Assembly: GCA_951406725.2 (NCBI GenBank)
Contig: OX597814.1
Span: 190,340,001-190,404,000, forward strand
DNA: 64,000 nucleotides
Source: Octopus vulgaris
Taxonomy: Eukaryota
Reading direction: 5' to 3'
Shown here: positions 49,907 through 62,779 of the stretch, piece after piece
Layout of the letters: every line of letters begins with the position of its first letter
How positions within the stretch are numbered: the first letter of the stretch is position 1
Notes under the pieces: model-generated
Seen by the model: the letters and a program-made list of their open reading frames with translations, nothing else
Told to the model about the DNA's origin: nothing
Database searches by the model: none
Made by a program: the position numbers and the translations under genes

Positions 49907-50400
49907 TCATCATCATCATCATCATCATCATCGTTTAGCGTCCGTTTTCCATGCTAGCATGGGTTGGACGGTTCTACTGGGGTCTGTGAAGCCAGAAGGC
50001 TTCATCAGGCCCAGTCAAATCTGGCAGTGTTTCTACAGCTGGATGCCCTTCCTAACGCCAACCACTCCGTGAGTGTAGTGGGTGCTTTTTACGTGCCACC
50101 CACACTGGTGCCAGACAGAGCTGGCAAACGGCGACGAACGGATGGTGCTTTTTATGTGCCACCGGCACGAGGGCCAGGCGAGGCTGGCAACGGACACGAA
50201 ACGGGGCGGTGCTGGCAACGGTCGCGAAACGGAAAGTTCTCTTACATGCCACCGGCACTGGTAACACATCTGCAATTTCCATTGATCGATTTCGATTCTG
50301 ATCCTCACTTGCCTCAACGGGTCTTCACAAGTAGAGTTTCGACATGCCACCGGCACTGGTAACACATCCGCAATTTCCATTGATCGATTTCAATTCTGAT
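49907..50400 (-). mobile_element. Repeat family B with an internal about 60-bp duplication
   Basis: ACATGCCACCGGCACTGGTAACACATC..TCTGATC occurs twice. Confidence 0.8.
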
Positions 50401-50682
50401 CAGCGTAATTAATAGCAGCAGTATAATCATAATTACCAACATTTTAGCATCTGCTTTACCATTCTCATATGAGTCGGACAGAATATGTTGAGGCTTATTT
50501 TATGGAATCCAGATGCCCTTCCTGTCAGGAACACTCACCTGTTTCCAAATAAGTTAATGTTCCCTCTTGACAAAGCAAAACGAAGGGCACTTCTAGGATG
50601 ATGGTGGCGCTCATTTACAACTATTATGTAAAGACAAAGCAAGGAGACAGCAACACACACACACACACATTCTCTCTCTTTC

Positions 50683-51070
50683 ATCTCTCTTTTACTTGTT
50701 TCAGTCATTTGACTGTGGCCATGCTGGAGCACCGCCTTTAGTCGAGCAAATTGACCCCAGGACTTATTCTTTGTAAGCCTAGTACTTATTCTATCGGTCT
50801 CTTTTGCCGAACCGCTAAGTTTACGAGAACGTAAACACACTAGCATCGGTTGTCAACCAATGTTGGGGGGACAAACACAGACACACAAACATACACACAC
50901 ACATACATATATACAACAGGCTTCTTTCAGTTTCCGTCTACCAAATTCACTCACAAGGCTTTGGTTGGTCCGAGGCTATAGTAGAAGACACTTGCCCAAG
51001 GTGCCACACAGTTGGACTGAACCCAGAACCACATGGTTCGTAAGAAAGTTACTTACCACACAGCCATTCC
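50683..51070 (-). mobile_element. SINE family A
   Basis: Near full-length. Confidence 0.85.
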
Positions 51071-51315
51071 TATATCTACATATGTACATATGCTGGGCTT
51101 CTTTCAGTTTCCACCTACCAAATCCGCTCACAACCCTATAATAGATGTCGATCATGTTTAGGACCAATATTTGCAAACCTATTAAACCAGTCTTAACTCA
51201 AAGCTAGAAATACACATAAAATAACATTGAAGATATCTGTATTAGTTTATGCTAAAAATTATATTACTTTGAAATAATTTATCTATAACCATATTAACTT
51301 CCAATAACATTTTTC

Positions 51316-51669
51316 GGATCTTTTCGCTTTGACCGGCAGAATTTTTAAATAATTTCTTTGTAACTAAACACTTTTAAACATTGTATTCTTGTAGAATGTG
51401 TTTATAAAACATCTTTTTCTCTTGGCTTTCTTGAGAAAATTCTGTAGTTTGTAAGCTCTTTGTTGTTTAATTTCTTGCATTTCGGCAATTTCAACCAATC
51501 AATGACGTCTATTGAGGTGAATACAATTTCTCCAGATCTACAGAATTTTCTCAAGAAAGCCAAGAGAAAAAGATGTTTTATAAACACATTCTACCAGTAT
51601 ACGAAGTTTAAAAGTGTTTAGTTACGAAGAAATTATTTTAAAAATCTGCCGGTCAAAGCGAAAAGATCC
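51316..51669. mobile_element. Foldback variant of the Merlin-like MITE (two right ends)
   Basis: About 130-bp inverted arms; TSD CATTTTTC/CTTTTTTC (7/8). Confidence 0.85.
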
Positions 51670-51734
51670 CTTTTTTCAAATTTTATGCTTTGGAATTTTC
51701 TCAAAACTGCATTTTTAAAAAAATATTTTTCTAG

Positions 51735-51856
51735 TACCTGTCAGTTCTGCCGACATCCATGTGCCAGTTATCCTTTCTGAATCTAGACAGCATAGTACTG
51801 AAATGCGTTTAGCTGTGGGTAAAATAACCGATAAAGTTGACCAGGTATTACACAAA
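51735..51856 (+). CDS. FKBP15: FKBP15 exon (PVSSADIHVPVILSESRQHSTEMRLAVGKITDKVDQVLHK)
   Basis: tctAG / GTAAGT; matches FKBP15 ExRQHxTExRxAVxK motif. Confidence 0.93.
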
Positions 51857-52219
51857 GTAAGTACCACGTAAAAATATTCTTTTTGTGTTTACTTGATTTT
51901 ATTTTTCAAGTTCATCATCATCATCATCATTTAACGTCCACTTTCCATGCTAGCATAGGTTGGACAACTTGACTGAGGACTGGCGAACCAGATGGCTGTG
52001 CCAGGCTCCAATCTTGATCTGGCAGAGCTTCTGCAGCTGGATGCCATTCCTAACGCCAACCACTCCGAGAGTGTAGTGGGTGCTTTTACGTGCCACCGGC
52101 ACAAGGGCCAGTCAAGCGGTACTAGCAACGGCCACGAACAAATTGTGTTTTTTTTTACGTGCCACCTGCACACCGGCACAAGTGCCAGTAAGGCGGCGCT
52201 GGTAACGCTCATTTATTAA

Positions 52220-52439
52220 CCCTTTCATTACTGTATTTATTTTGAGATGCTCTGTGTTTCTTTCCATTACTTTAAATATAACAAAGAATTTAGTAAAATA
52301 ACTTAGTTATCATTCAGCTAGTGTTAAGAAGATAAATTATGACTAAGGTTTGGTGGAAAATTTTAGTTCAAAACTTTTGAAAACAAGATATTTGTACTCA
52401 GAGCCAGAGCATGTTTCAGCCAGGTTGGTAATGAAAGGG
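52220..52439. mobile_element. piggyBac-like MITE
   Basis: TTAA-CCCTTTCATTAC ... GTAATGAAAGGG-TTAA. Confidence 0.8.
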
Positions 52440-52577
52440 TTAAAGTAACTATCATATATGCAGATGTATAAGACACTCTTTTTTTATTCTTAAATGTAAT
52501 AAAACATTGCCATGAGTCTAATGGAACTGTATTATGGTTGGCATACAGTGTGTGTAAATGTATGATGCAACATAGTA

Positions 52578-52790
52578 ACCCTTTAGCATTTAAAACAGCC
52601 CTATCTGGCTCAATTATTCTACCTGCTTTAAATCTAAACTGGCCAGATCCAGCCTCTCATACCTACCCTACAAAAATAAAACAATCACATCATAAAAATC
52701 TTGAAGCGACAAGATAATGCATGATTAATTCAAAACAATATGAATAAATAAGGATTGCATTTGACAGCATAATCTGAATGCTAAAGGGTT
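52578..52790. mobile_element. piggyBac-like MITE; related copies at about 48030-48752 (split by a SINE) and 35820-36000
   Basis: TAA-CCCTTTAGCATT ... AATGCTAAAGGG-TTTA ends; body repeated elsewhere in the window. Confidence 0.7.
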
Positions 52791-52874
52791 TAATTTGTTC
52801 TTTCCACTATAAAGTAGGGATTTGTCTCATGCAAGAGTACATCTTGTACAGCAGCAAATATGGTATCAATAGTA

Positions 52875-53210
52875 ACCATCCGAACGTGGCCGTTGCCAGC
52901 ACCGCCCCGCCTCGCCTCATGCTGGTGGCACGTAAAAAGCACCATCTGATTGTGGCCATTGCCAGCCTCGTCTGGCCCCCATGCCGGTGGCACATAAAAA
53001 GCACCATCCGATCGTGGCCGTTTGCCAGCCTCGTCTGGCACGTAAAAAGCACCCACTACATTCACGGAGTGGTTGGCGTTAGGAAGGGCATCCAGCCGTA
53101 GAAACATTGCCAGATCGGACTGGGCCTGGTGCAGCCTTCTGGCTTCCCAGACCCCAGTTGAACCGTCCAACCCATGCTAGCATGGAAAGCGGACGCTAAA
53201 CGAAGAAGAA
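52875..53210 (+). mobile_element. Repeat family B
   Basis: Same core; (GAA)n tail variant. Confidence 0.8.
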
Positions 53211-53397
53211 AAAAGTCATTGAGTTTCACTTGTTAAATTACTGGTTATTAGTATTATAGTTGACAGCTGGGATGAAGTTAATGGTTAGGGTAGCAGCTAT
53301 GAGAGCTATTTAGTGGTTTAAAATGTATAAAGACTATTACAAGTGAATACCTAAAGAGCTGGTGTTGTGATGGTAATCTTTTGCATCTTTGTTTCAG

Positions 53398-53487
53398 TTG
53401 GATCACTCTGCACAAAACAGCTTCCTTAATCCAGCTCCATCACTAGAAACATCTGTTTTAATGCAGAACATTCAACGAATTGTTCAG
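53398..53487 (+). CDS. FKBP15: FKBP15 exon (LDHSAQ...ETSVLMQNIQRIVQ)
   Basis: ttcAG / GTAAAT; NIQRIxQ motif. Confidence 0.94.
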
Positions 53488-53711
53488 GTAAATACTTGCT
53501 TCACACTAATTTCTATTCTCTCTCTTGCTTTCTCTCCTCTCTCTCTTATTAACCTGTATACAGTCATTTGTTCGTTTTTTTAGCTTTAGTCCTTGCTGTC
53601 ATTCTTTTTTTCTCTCATTCTTTTTTTCTTTCTTTTCTATTATTTTTTTCCTTCTCATCTAAATCTCTCCTCTCTCTCCATCTCAAATGTTTTATATACT
53701 CTACATTAAAG

Positions 53712-53806
53712 GAAAATGAAAGACTCAAGAAAGAAGCTATGGAAAAAGCAAGTAAAGTGGAGTCTCAAAACCTAAAAATATCGGAACTTCTTCAGCAGAA
53801 TCAAAA
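53712..53806 (+). CDS. FKBP15: FKBP15 exon, coiled coil (ENERLKKEAMEKASKVESQNLKISELLQQNQ)
   Basis: aAG acceptor / GTAAGT; ENERLK...KISEL motif. Confidence 0.92.
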
Positions 53807-53943
53807 GTAAGTTTTCACTTATGACCAACACCTGTATAAATGTATGCCACTAATCAAGATAAACCTATCTCCCAGTATTTTAAGGACAGGAATCTGAAAA
53901 TTAAGGAATGAAGGGTTAGAAAATTAGAAAAGTTGAGCAGCCA

Positions 53944-54341
53944 AAACTGGCTTCTGTGTCGGTGGCACGTAAAAAGCACCAAGTGAGCATGATCGTTACC
54001 AGCGTCACCTTACTGGAACTTGTGCCAGTGGCATGTGAAAAAACATTCGAGCGAGATCGTTGCCAGTGCCGCTGGACTGGCTCCTGTGCAGGTGGCACGT
54101 AAAAAACACCATTTGAGCATGGCCATTGCCAATACCGCCTGACTGGTCCTCGTGCCGGTGACAATTAAAAGCACCCACTACACCCTCAGAGTGGTTGGCA
54201 TTAAGAAGGGCATCCAGCTGTAGAAACTCTGCCAGATCAGATTGGAGACTGGTGCAGCCATATGGCTCGCCAGTCCTCAGTCAAATCGTCCAACCCATGC
54301 TAGCATGGTAAGCAGGCGTTAAACGATGATGATGATGATGA
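53944..54341 (+). mobile_element. Repeat family B
   Basis: Same core and tail. Confidence 0.8.
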
Positions 54342-54838
54342 TATTTGGCAGTAGATTTTTCTTGCTGTTTTATTTTTTTACTTAGACTTTTTATTATTAT
54401 TCAAAGAAGGTGATATCTTTTAACTTAATTGTTATCAGACTGCAGATAAGAAGGTAAGGCACTGCCCTGTGGGGTTTTAATCAGATAAATCGACTCCGTA
54501 CTTATTTATTTGTTTTGTTAAGTTTGGTACTTATTCTATCAGTTTCTGTTGCTGAACTACTAAGTTATGGAGATGTAAACAAACCAACATTGGTTTCAGG
54601 TGGTTGGGAAAACAGGTACACACACACACACAATAGGCTTCTTTCAAACTAATGCAGTCACAAGGCTTTGGTCGGTCTAGGGCTATAGTTGAAGAGATTT
54701 TCCCAAGGTGCCACACAGTGGGACTGAACACAGAACCATGTGATTGAGAAGCAAACTTACCATACTGCCATGCCTGCACCTTGGAAACCTATTTTCAACA
54801 GCAAGTTTAAAAATAGAAATTTTATTATTAAAAGTATG

Positions 54839-55248
54839 GGATCTTTTCGGTTTGAATGGCAGTTTTTTCGAGCAGTGTCATGAAATTGTCACCCATAATT
54901 ATGACCCTAGTATCGATCTATTGCATTTCAATCTGTTTTAGGGTTAAGGTTGGGGGGAAGGGTATCTTTTTTTCTTCACAAATGTAAATAAACCTAATTT
55001 GTTTCTTAAACGAGGGACATATTCATACAGCACAGAATGTTTTTTACCTCAATAGACGTCATTGATTGGTTGAAATTGCAGAAATTGAAGAAAAACAACA
55101 ACAAATATCTTACAAACTATAGAATTTTCTCAATAAAGCCAAGAGAAGAAGATGTTATATAAACACATTCTACCAGTATACGAAGTTTAAAAGTGTTTAG
55201 TTATGTGGAAATTATTTTTAAAAACCGCCAGTCAAACCGAAAAGATCC
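54839..55248 (+). mobile_element. Merlin-like MITE copy 3
   Basis: Same TIR and body; 8-bp TSD AAAGTATG. Confidence 0.9.
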
Positions 55249-55532
55249 AAAGTATGCCACCAGTACAACTATTCCCTATCATTTCACTATTTTGTATGTT
55301 CATTTTTCCATGATGGCCTGGTTTGGAGAAGTGCAGTATGTTATTATTTATCTTCATCTTGCAACAAGTTCTTTAGTCCTGATCTTACCATTTCTTACGT
55401 CTTTGTTTTCCGGCTGCTAATTGAGGACAGCCATAATTATTTCCCTTAACACATTCATATTCTTGAATTTTAAACAGCAAATATTAACTCCAACATTCCA
55501 CTCATACAATACACTGCAACAACCAAAATATA

Positions 55533-55767
55533 TATTTCTTTATTGCCCACAAGGGGCTAAACACAGAGAGGACAAACAAGGACAGACAAAGGGATTAAGT
55601 CGATTATATCGACCCCAGTGATTTATTGGTACTTATTTAAATGACCCCGAAAGGATGAAAGGCAAAGTCGGCCTCGGCAGAATTTGAACTCAGAACATAA
55701 CGGCAGACAAAATAACGCTAGGCATTTCGCCCAGCGTGCTAACGTTTCTGCCAGCTCACCGCCTTAG
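55533..55767 (-). mobile_element. SINE family C
   Basis: 21-bp TSD CACTGCAACAACCAAAATATA. Confidence 0.9.
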
Positions 55768-56393
55768 CACTGCAACAACCAAAATATAACGAATATATAG
55801 TATGTATTGCAATAAAACACTTCATACATGACATTCACATTGCTATTATACGAGAAATGACATTAGGAAGGGTATTCAACCATAGCTCAGTGGTTAGAGC
55901 ATTGGGCCTACAATCACGAGGCTATGAGTTCGATTTTGAGACTGGGCTGTGTGCTGTGTTCTTGAGTAAGACACTTTATTTCATGTTGCTCCAGTTCACT
56001 CATCTGTAGAAATGGGTTGTGACGTCACACGTGCCAAGCTGTATCGGCCTTTGATTTTCCTTTGGATGACATCAGTGGTGTGGAGAGGAGAGGCTGGTAT
56101 GCATGGGCGACTGCTGGTCTTCCACAAATAACTGTGCCCATACTTGTAACTAAAGAAGGGGTCTTTACACCCAACCATAGAAACCATGCCAAAACAGACA
56201 GTAAAGCTTGACTCAGTCCTCTGACCTATCAGGTTGTCCATCCCATGCCAGCATGGAATACAAATGCTAAATGAGAATGATGGAAGTATGACCTAATGTA
56301 GTACCTCATATGTAGTACTTCACATTCCAAATTACACGTCAGCAATAACTGGACTACAAAAATCCAATGGAAGACTCATAACATATATTGAAA

Positions 56394-56769
56394 CGAGCAA
56401 AATGCCCCTCAATCCAATGGACGGTGCTGAGTTGTCAAACATTTAAAACTAAATTTTCTCAAAACAACCTGTCCGACCGTCCCATAGACCTCCCCTTTGA
56501 GAAACACTGACTTAACCTAAATTTGAGACACCAGCAAAATAAGAAATAAAGATAGACTTTTTTTCTATTCCGAAGAAAAACGGTTTCCTACAGCTTTATC
56601 GATCACGTTCTCACCTGGAATTGATTTTTGTAATTTTTTCAAGACTTATACATGCCCTGATACCGTCGATATCTACATATCAAATTTGAGCACAATTGGA
56701 TAGAGGATGCCTGAGATCCTAGAAGCCACACACACACACAGACAGGCAGAATGGATTTTATATAAGAGA
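56394..56769 (-). mobile_element. Helitron-like element, family 2
   Basis: Same termini and body as 2111-2500. Confidence 0.6.
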
Positions 56770-57810
56770 TTATGCATCTAATATAGGTACCATTAATAGT
56801 ATCATTGACATGAAAGTATTATTAATAGGGTACAATACACTAGAAACGCATGTTTTAATAAGAAGCTTACAACATAAAGAAGCTTGGTTTACAAATATAT
56901 AGTTCTTGTTAGGCTAGTGGTTTCAGATTAACTGATGCCTTGTGAACAGAGAAATTTGTATCATAATCATTTAATGTCAATTTTCCATGCTGGCATGGGT
57001 TGGACAGTTTGATGGGAGCTGGCATGGTGGAGGGCTGCACTAGGCTCCATCCATCTGTTTTGGCATGGTTTCAGTGGCTGGATGCCCTTCCCTAATGCAG
57101 ACCCTTTACAGAGTGTATTGGGTGCTTTTTTTATGTGGCACCAGTATGGCTGCATTTACATGGCACCAGCATGTACATACATGCTTTTATACATGCCACT
57201 GGCATGGGTGCACTTTTACGTGGACTGCTCCTTCTACCATGACTATGATTCCTTCCTTTCACCAGTCACCCGAAAAACAAAAATAATTTTTTTTAAAGAA
57301 TCCAGGACATTACAAAAATACTGACACACGGAGCCTGAAAGAATCACTGGACTTACCGATATCTACAACTTCTTGAACCAGTTATTACCAAATCCTCAGA
57401 CTCTGAAAAACAGACAAATTCACTACAACTGTAAAATTAGTATAATTTCAATATCACTTTCTATAAAATTAACTAAAGAAAGTCTACTAATGTTTCTACA
57501 CTAAAGACAACAGAACTATTTTGCAAAAATAACACTCCAACTTTTTTTGTATCTTGTAATATAAAAAAAGTTGGAGTATTATTTTCAAAATTTTGGTAGA
57601 AGTATTTGGATCTTGACAGACATCAGAAAAGTGTATGTATACTTGAAAAGATTTGCCATTTCTTCTTTCTAGCAAAAATATATAGCAGGCTGATAGATTA
57701 GTCAAGTTGTTTTATAAGGGTTAACAAACATCCACCAATATTGAAATTTATTAGTTTTAATTATCTCAACTATTAAATAGATAAAATATCTTTGGAATTC
57801 TTGTCGTCAG

Positions 57811-57913
57811 GTTTGTGGAACAGAGTAATAGTTTACTTGAACAGAGGAATGACAGCTACAAGGACTCAGCAGAACGATCGCAAGCTCAAGTCTTGAAACT
57901 GGAGAAAGAGAAA
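57811..57913 (+). CDS. FKBP15: FKBP15 exon, coiled coil ([15 protein letters not shown]...VLKLEKEK)
   Basis: gtcAG / GTAAGT; VEQSN motif. Confidence 0.94.
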
Positions 57914-58011
57914 GTAAGTTGGAGTTTTTTTTTGTTTTTTTTTCTTCTTCTGTATTCATATAAACAGAATAGTAATGTGGATATACAATCTCTTGATTCT
58001 AAAAACCATAG

Positions 58012-58183
58012 GCTAAGATGGCATCAGAACTGGGTTCTGCGACCTCTATGGTGAGTAACCTGCAGCTGGAAGTATCAGCCATTCGTAAACAAGAAACTGA
58101 GTTAAGACAGAAGTTAAATTCTACAATGACAGACAAAAGTGCTACCAAGGAGCAAATAGAAACCTTAAATAAACAAGTTGAAG
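58012..58183 (+). CDS. FKBP15: FKBP15 exon, coiled coil ([20 protein letters not shown]...LNKQVE)
   Basis: catAG / GTAAAA; follows a 98-bp intron; phase 0/1. Confidence 0.9.
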
Positions 58184-59107
58184 GTAAAAAAAAAAAACTT
58201 ATTTTTATTATAACTGTATAAATGTCAATGTCATCAGAATTTATAAAATTAGAGAAAATGTGAAATAATTCCATTCTGGAACGGTGGATCTTGAAGCTGT
58301 GAAAGTTATAAATAAAAGCATGTAAATATTGGATTTAAAAGTCCCTTTGGATAGAAAATATCAACCTCAGGTAGCCTTTGACTTTTTCTATCCGAAAGGG
58401 GTTTTTTTTAACCCAATATTTACACACTATCATTTATAGCTTTAACTGCTTCAAGATCCACTGTTCCAAAAAAGAATTATAACTATATAAATCTTTCTCT
58501 AAATCATTATCACCTGTAAATTCTATATTGTTTATAATTACCCTTGCAATTTGAAGATATCTATCAATCTTTGCTATCTGCTCTTGGGAACTTACAAAGC
58601 TAATGTTTATTTCCAGATTCAGTAATATTGGTTTCAAATTTTGGCCCAAGGCCAGCAATCTCAGTGGGGTGGGTAAGTCGATTACATCCACCTCGATGTT
58701 CAACTGGTGCTTATTTTATTGACCATGAAAGGATGGAAGACAAAATCGACTTCAGCAGAACTTGAACTCAAAATATAAAGACAAACGAAATGGCACTAAG
58801 AATTTTGCCCAGTGTGCTATAATTCTTACTTCTTTATTGTCCACAAGGGGCTAAACATAGAGGGGACAAAGGTATTAAGTACTTAATTTATTGACTCCGA
58901 AATGATGAAAGGCAAAGTCGACCTCGGCGGAATTTGAACTCAGAACGTAAAGACAGACGAAACACTGCTAAGCATTTTGCCTGGCATGCTAACGTTTCTG
59001 CCAGCTCGCCGCCTTGCATGCTCGCCACCTTCTGGCATGGCTTCTATGGCTGAATGCCTTTCCTAACACCATATTGCCTTTTAAAATGGTTTCTGATATC
59101 AATTTTA

Positions 59108-59452
59108 ACCATCCGAACGTGGCCGTTGCCAGCTCCGCCCCGACTGGCTTCCATGCTGGTGGCACGTAAAAAGCACCATCTGATCGTGACCGTTGCCAGC
59201 CTCGCCTGGCCTCCGTGCCAGTGGCACATAAAAAGCACCATCCACTCGTGGCCGTTTGCCAGCCTCGTCTGGCACGTGAAAATCACCCACTACACTCATG
59301 GAGTGGTTGGCGTTAGGAAGGGCATCCAGCCGTAGAAACATTGCCAGATCAGACTGGGCCTGGTGCAGCCTTCTGGCTTCCCAAACCCCAGTTGCACCGT
59401 CCAACCCATGCCAGCATGGAAAGCGGACGCTAAACGATGATGATGATAATGA
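59108..59452 (+). mobile_element. Repeat family B
   Basis: Same core and tail. Confidence 0.8.
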
Positions 59453-59589
59453 TGTATATACAAACATTATTTCTTTGTATCTTTTTTTTATTAATTCAAT
59501 CTCCCATGGAGCATTTAATCATAGTTGGAAAAATCGAACGCATTTAAAGAGGTTTTAAACTAGATGTAAATGATTATCTTCCTCGACAG

Positions 59590-59726
59590 AGAATCTAGAA
59601 CAGTTAACAGAGATGACAAATTCATACAAAGAAGAACGTCAGCAACGGAAGACACTCACCAACAAAATGAATCAGCTAAATGAAGAAATTTCAGACTTGA
59701 AGTCATCTTGCGAATCTTTAGAAAAG
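59590..59726 (+). CDS. FKBP15: FKBP15 exon, coiled coil (NLEQLTEMTNSYKEERQQRK...ESLEK)
   Basis: gacAG / GTGAGT; phase 1/0. Confidence 0.92.
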
Positions 59727-59833
59727 GTGAGTGCAATATTAGAATCAATTTTGAGATTCAAAACCTTTGATAATATAACACAGCCTATAAATTTTTGTTG
59801 AAGTTGTGTCTGATTTTTTTTCATTACTGTTAT

Positions 59834-60335
59834 CCACTTGACGCCGGTATTACCCAAAGCATGCGAGACACTGCTCCAGCTTTTTATCTAATAAGGCCAC
59901 ACAAACACACAATTGCCAACAAGCTCGCGTCTATTTACGTTCACCGTTACAATAACACAGCGTCGTACATTTACGTCTACCGGTTTATGAAAACGAACTA
60001 TGTGAAGCTATTTATCATAATATGATATACACGAGTTATTCTGCTCAAGCTCAAAAAATAGCTTGCATGTGGTACAACTCAAGACACGGTATTATGCATG
60101 TAAAGTATCCGCATGTCATTGGTCTACTGCTAGTCTCATGACTTGAACGTAACCTAAAATAGCTAAGATAATGGATGGGATGGTGAGCACGCGCACCTGA
60201 AGAGATAAAGTACACGATTGGGAACGTAAACATACATCAGCCGCTAAAAAGTCTGTGATAGATGTATATTTACGTTAACTGCAGTTAGGCAAGAAAAAGT
60301 GTGATCGCATATTTGCATCAATTGTTGTCAAGGGG
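59834..60335. mobile_element. Possible piggyBac-like non-autonomous element
   Basis: TTAT-CCACTTGAC ... GTCAAGGGG-TTAA degenerate ends; CpG-richer interior. Confidence 0.45.
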
Positions 60336-60373
60336 TTAATAATCTGAGGAGTTTTTTTTTTTCCTCTTATGTA

Positions 60374-61665
60374 CAAGGGGCGTTCAATAAGTAATGCCCC
60401 TGACCCACTTCCCATAGAAGTAGAGCAACGAAACTTGGCACAGTTATTAGTCTTTTTCTACATAGGAACCACCCAGAGTTACGCATTTCTCACATCGTTT
60501 GATACAGCTCTGAAGACCGTTTTTGTAGAAGACCCCAGCTTGGTCCTCCAACCACGACGTGACTTCAGAAATCAAGGCTGCATCATCTGGGAAACGCTTT
60601 CCTTTCAAAAACAACTTCATGGCTGGGAACGAGGTGAAAATCAGAGGATGCAAGGTCAGGAGAGTAGGGGGGATGGGGGATGAGTTCATAGCTGCACGCC
60701 TGTGCTTCTGATCTGGCGACACGCGAGTTGTGAACCGGAGCGTTGTCCTGCAAGAGGAGGATGCCTTTGCTGATCTTGCCCCGCCTCTTGATTTTGATAG
60801 CTTCTCTTAATTTCCTCAAAAGTGAAGCATAATAGGCTCCTGTAATTGTGGCACCCTTTGCCAGGAAATCTGTCATCAGTACTCCGTCCTGGTCCCAGAA
60901 GACTGTGAGCATGACCTTGCCAGCAGAGGGCTGCACTCTTGCCTTCTTTGGAGGAGGTGAGTCACGGTGTGTCCACTGCATTGACTGGGCTTTGGTCTCT
61001 GGATCATAGTGATGGACCCAGGTTTCATCCTGTGTAGTCAGTCTTTTGAAAAATTTTGACTCATCTTCTTGGCACATCTCCAAATTCATCCTCGAGCAAT
61101 CACACGTTCTTGCTTCTGGAAAGATGTGAGCAACCTGGGAATCCATCTGGCAGACACCTTTTGCATATGCAAATGGTCATGAATGATAGTTTCCACAGAC
61201 CCGGTACTAATCTTGACCTCATGGGCTATTTGGCGTATAGTTATGCGTCGATCTTCCAAAATGGCAGCCTCAACATGACGGACAGATGCTTCATCAATGG
61301 CAGAAGGGGGTGACCAGATCTGGGAGCTGTTTCCACAGAGTACCGACCATGTTTGAATTCACGATGCCAGCGTTTTACAAGGTCATATGATGGGGCATCA
61401 TCACCATAAGTTACTTTCATTTCATCAAAAGTCTCCCGTGGTGTGTGTCCTTTCAAATACAAAAACCAGATCACTGCTCGACACTCAACAGGCTCCATTT
61501 CACACTTGACTCAGTTCAAACACTTGTAAATCAGAAACCACAATTAGTCCAGAGCTGTAATTTGCCACTTAATCTATAAAGATATAAATAATTGTACATG
61601 CAAAATTTCAGCTAGATCAAATAACTGCAAGTGGATCAGAAGCATTACTTATTGAACGCCCCTCG
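60374..61665 (-). mobile_element. Full-length mariner transposon (1292 bp)
   Basis: 37-bp TIRs C(A/G)AGGGGCGTTCAATAAGTAATGC.. with 4 mismatches; TA on both flanks; transposase inside. Confidence 0.96.
60447..61498 (-). pseudogene. Frameshifted mariner DD34D transposase
   Basis: MEPVECRAVIWFL.. HTH region, WIPRLL, TQDETWVHHYDPE, LLQDNAPVH, HPPYSPDLASSDFHL, split over several frames. Confidence 0.95.
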
Positions 61666-61964
61666 TAAATCATTGAATACTTTAGAGTAAAGGTTTTGAA
61701 CAAAGTTACTATTAAGGACTTGGTAACAAATTATATTATTCATATTATTTACTTATCCAAAGAGACATTTGAACATGCAGCTATAAACGCAGCTAGGAAA
61801 TGATAGTTTGACTGGCCTGAAGATGATAAAATGATGGAAAAACATTTCCTTAGAGTAGAAAGTGATGAAAGAAAGGTACCTGTTAAATGAGGGCAAGATT
61901 AAAACAGAAGGAGTTGTAAGATTTAAAATGGAAGTAATATATAATTTTGAGTTAAAATGGATAG

Positions 61965-62345
61965 GGTGTGGGTGTGTGGTAAGTAGCTTGCTTACCAACC
62001 ACATGGTTCCGGGTTATGTCCCACTGCATGGCACCTTGGGCAAGTGTCTTCTACTATAGCCTCGGGCTGACCAAAGCCTTGTCAGTGGATTTGGTAGACG
62101 GAAACTGAAACAAGCCTGTCGTATATATGTGTGTGTGTTTGTGTCTGTGGTTGTCCCCACCAACATTGCTTGACAACCGATGCTGGTGTATTTACGTCCC
62201 CGTAACTTAGCAGTTCGGCAAAAGAGACCAATAGAATAAGTACTAGGCTTACAAAGAATAAGTCCTGGGGTCGATTTGCTCGACTAAAGGCAGTGCTCCA
62301 GCATGGCCGCAGTCAAATGACTGAAACAAGTAAAAGAGTAAAAGG
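61965..62345 (+). mobile_element. SINE family A
   Basis: Near full-length. Confidence 0.85.
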
Positions 62346-62444
62346 GTATACTAAATTTGCAAGCTTTTAGAATGGATGATTTTATAACTGAAATTAAAAA
62401 CTCTGTAGCTAGGCTTATATTTTTTTTTTTTTTTTCTTTCACAG

Positions 62445-62528
62445 AATGTCACGGATCGCAAAAAGAAAGCTCTTGATGAGAGACGACGACACGAAGAGGA
62501 AATAGATGAACTAAAGTTACAGTTTGAG
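62445..62528 (+). CDS. FKBP15: FKBP15 exon (NVTDRKKKALDERRRHEEEIDELKLQFE)
   Basis: long poly-T tract + cacAG / GTGAGG; RKKK...EEEIDE motif. Confidence 0.93.
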
Positions 62529-62779
62529 GTGAGGTGTTCTCCTGTTAGAATTTCTTGCACTTCCATTTGTTTACATTGTTTACATTGGTGTGAAAAAAAA
62601 ATTGGTTGGTCTGTGGTTGGAAATATAACAACCATTGGGAACAGACTTTTATGTGATATCACATTTTAAATTTATTAAAGAAAGATATATTTGTAAGGAA
62701 TTTGGTGAAACACAAGGGCTGCGAAATCAAGACTATTGAATACAAAGTTCAGATTTTAAATGATAATATTGATATTATT

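Noticed and set aside
69-62059. Many recurring short ORFs (e.g. RASFSFRLPNPLTRLW, LDALPNANHS, WLALGRASS)
   Set aside because: Translations of SINE and repeat copies, not genes.
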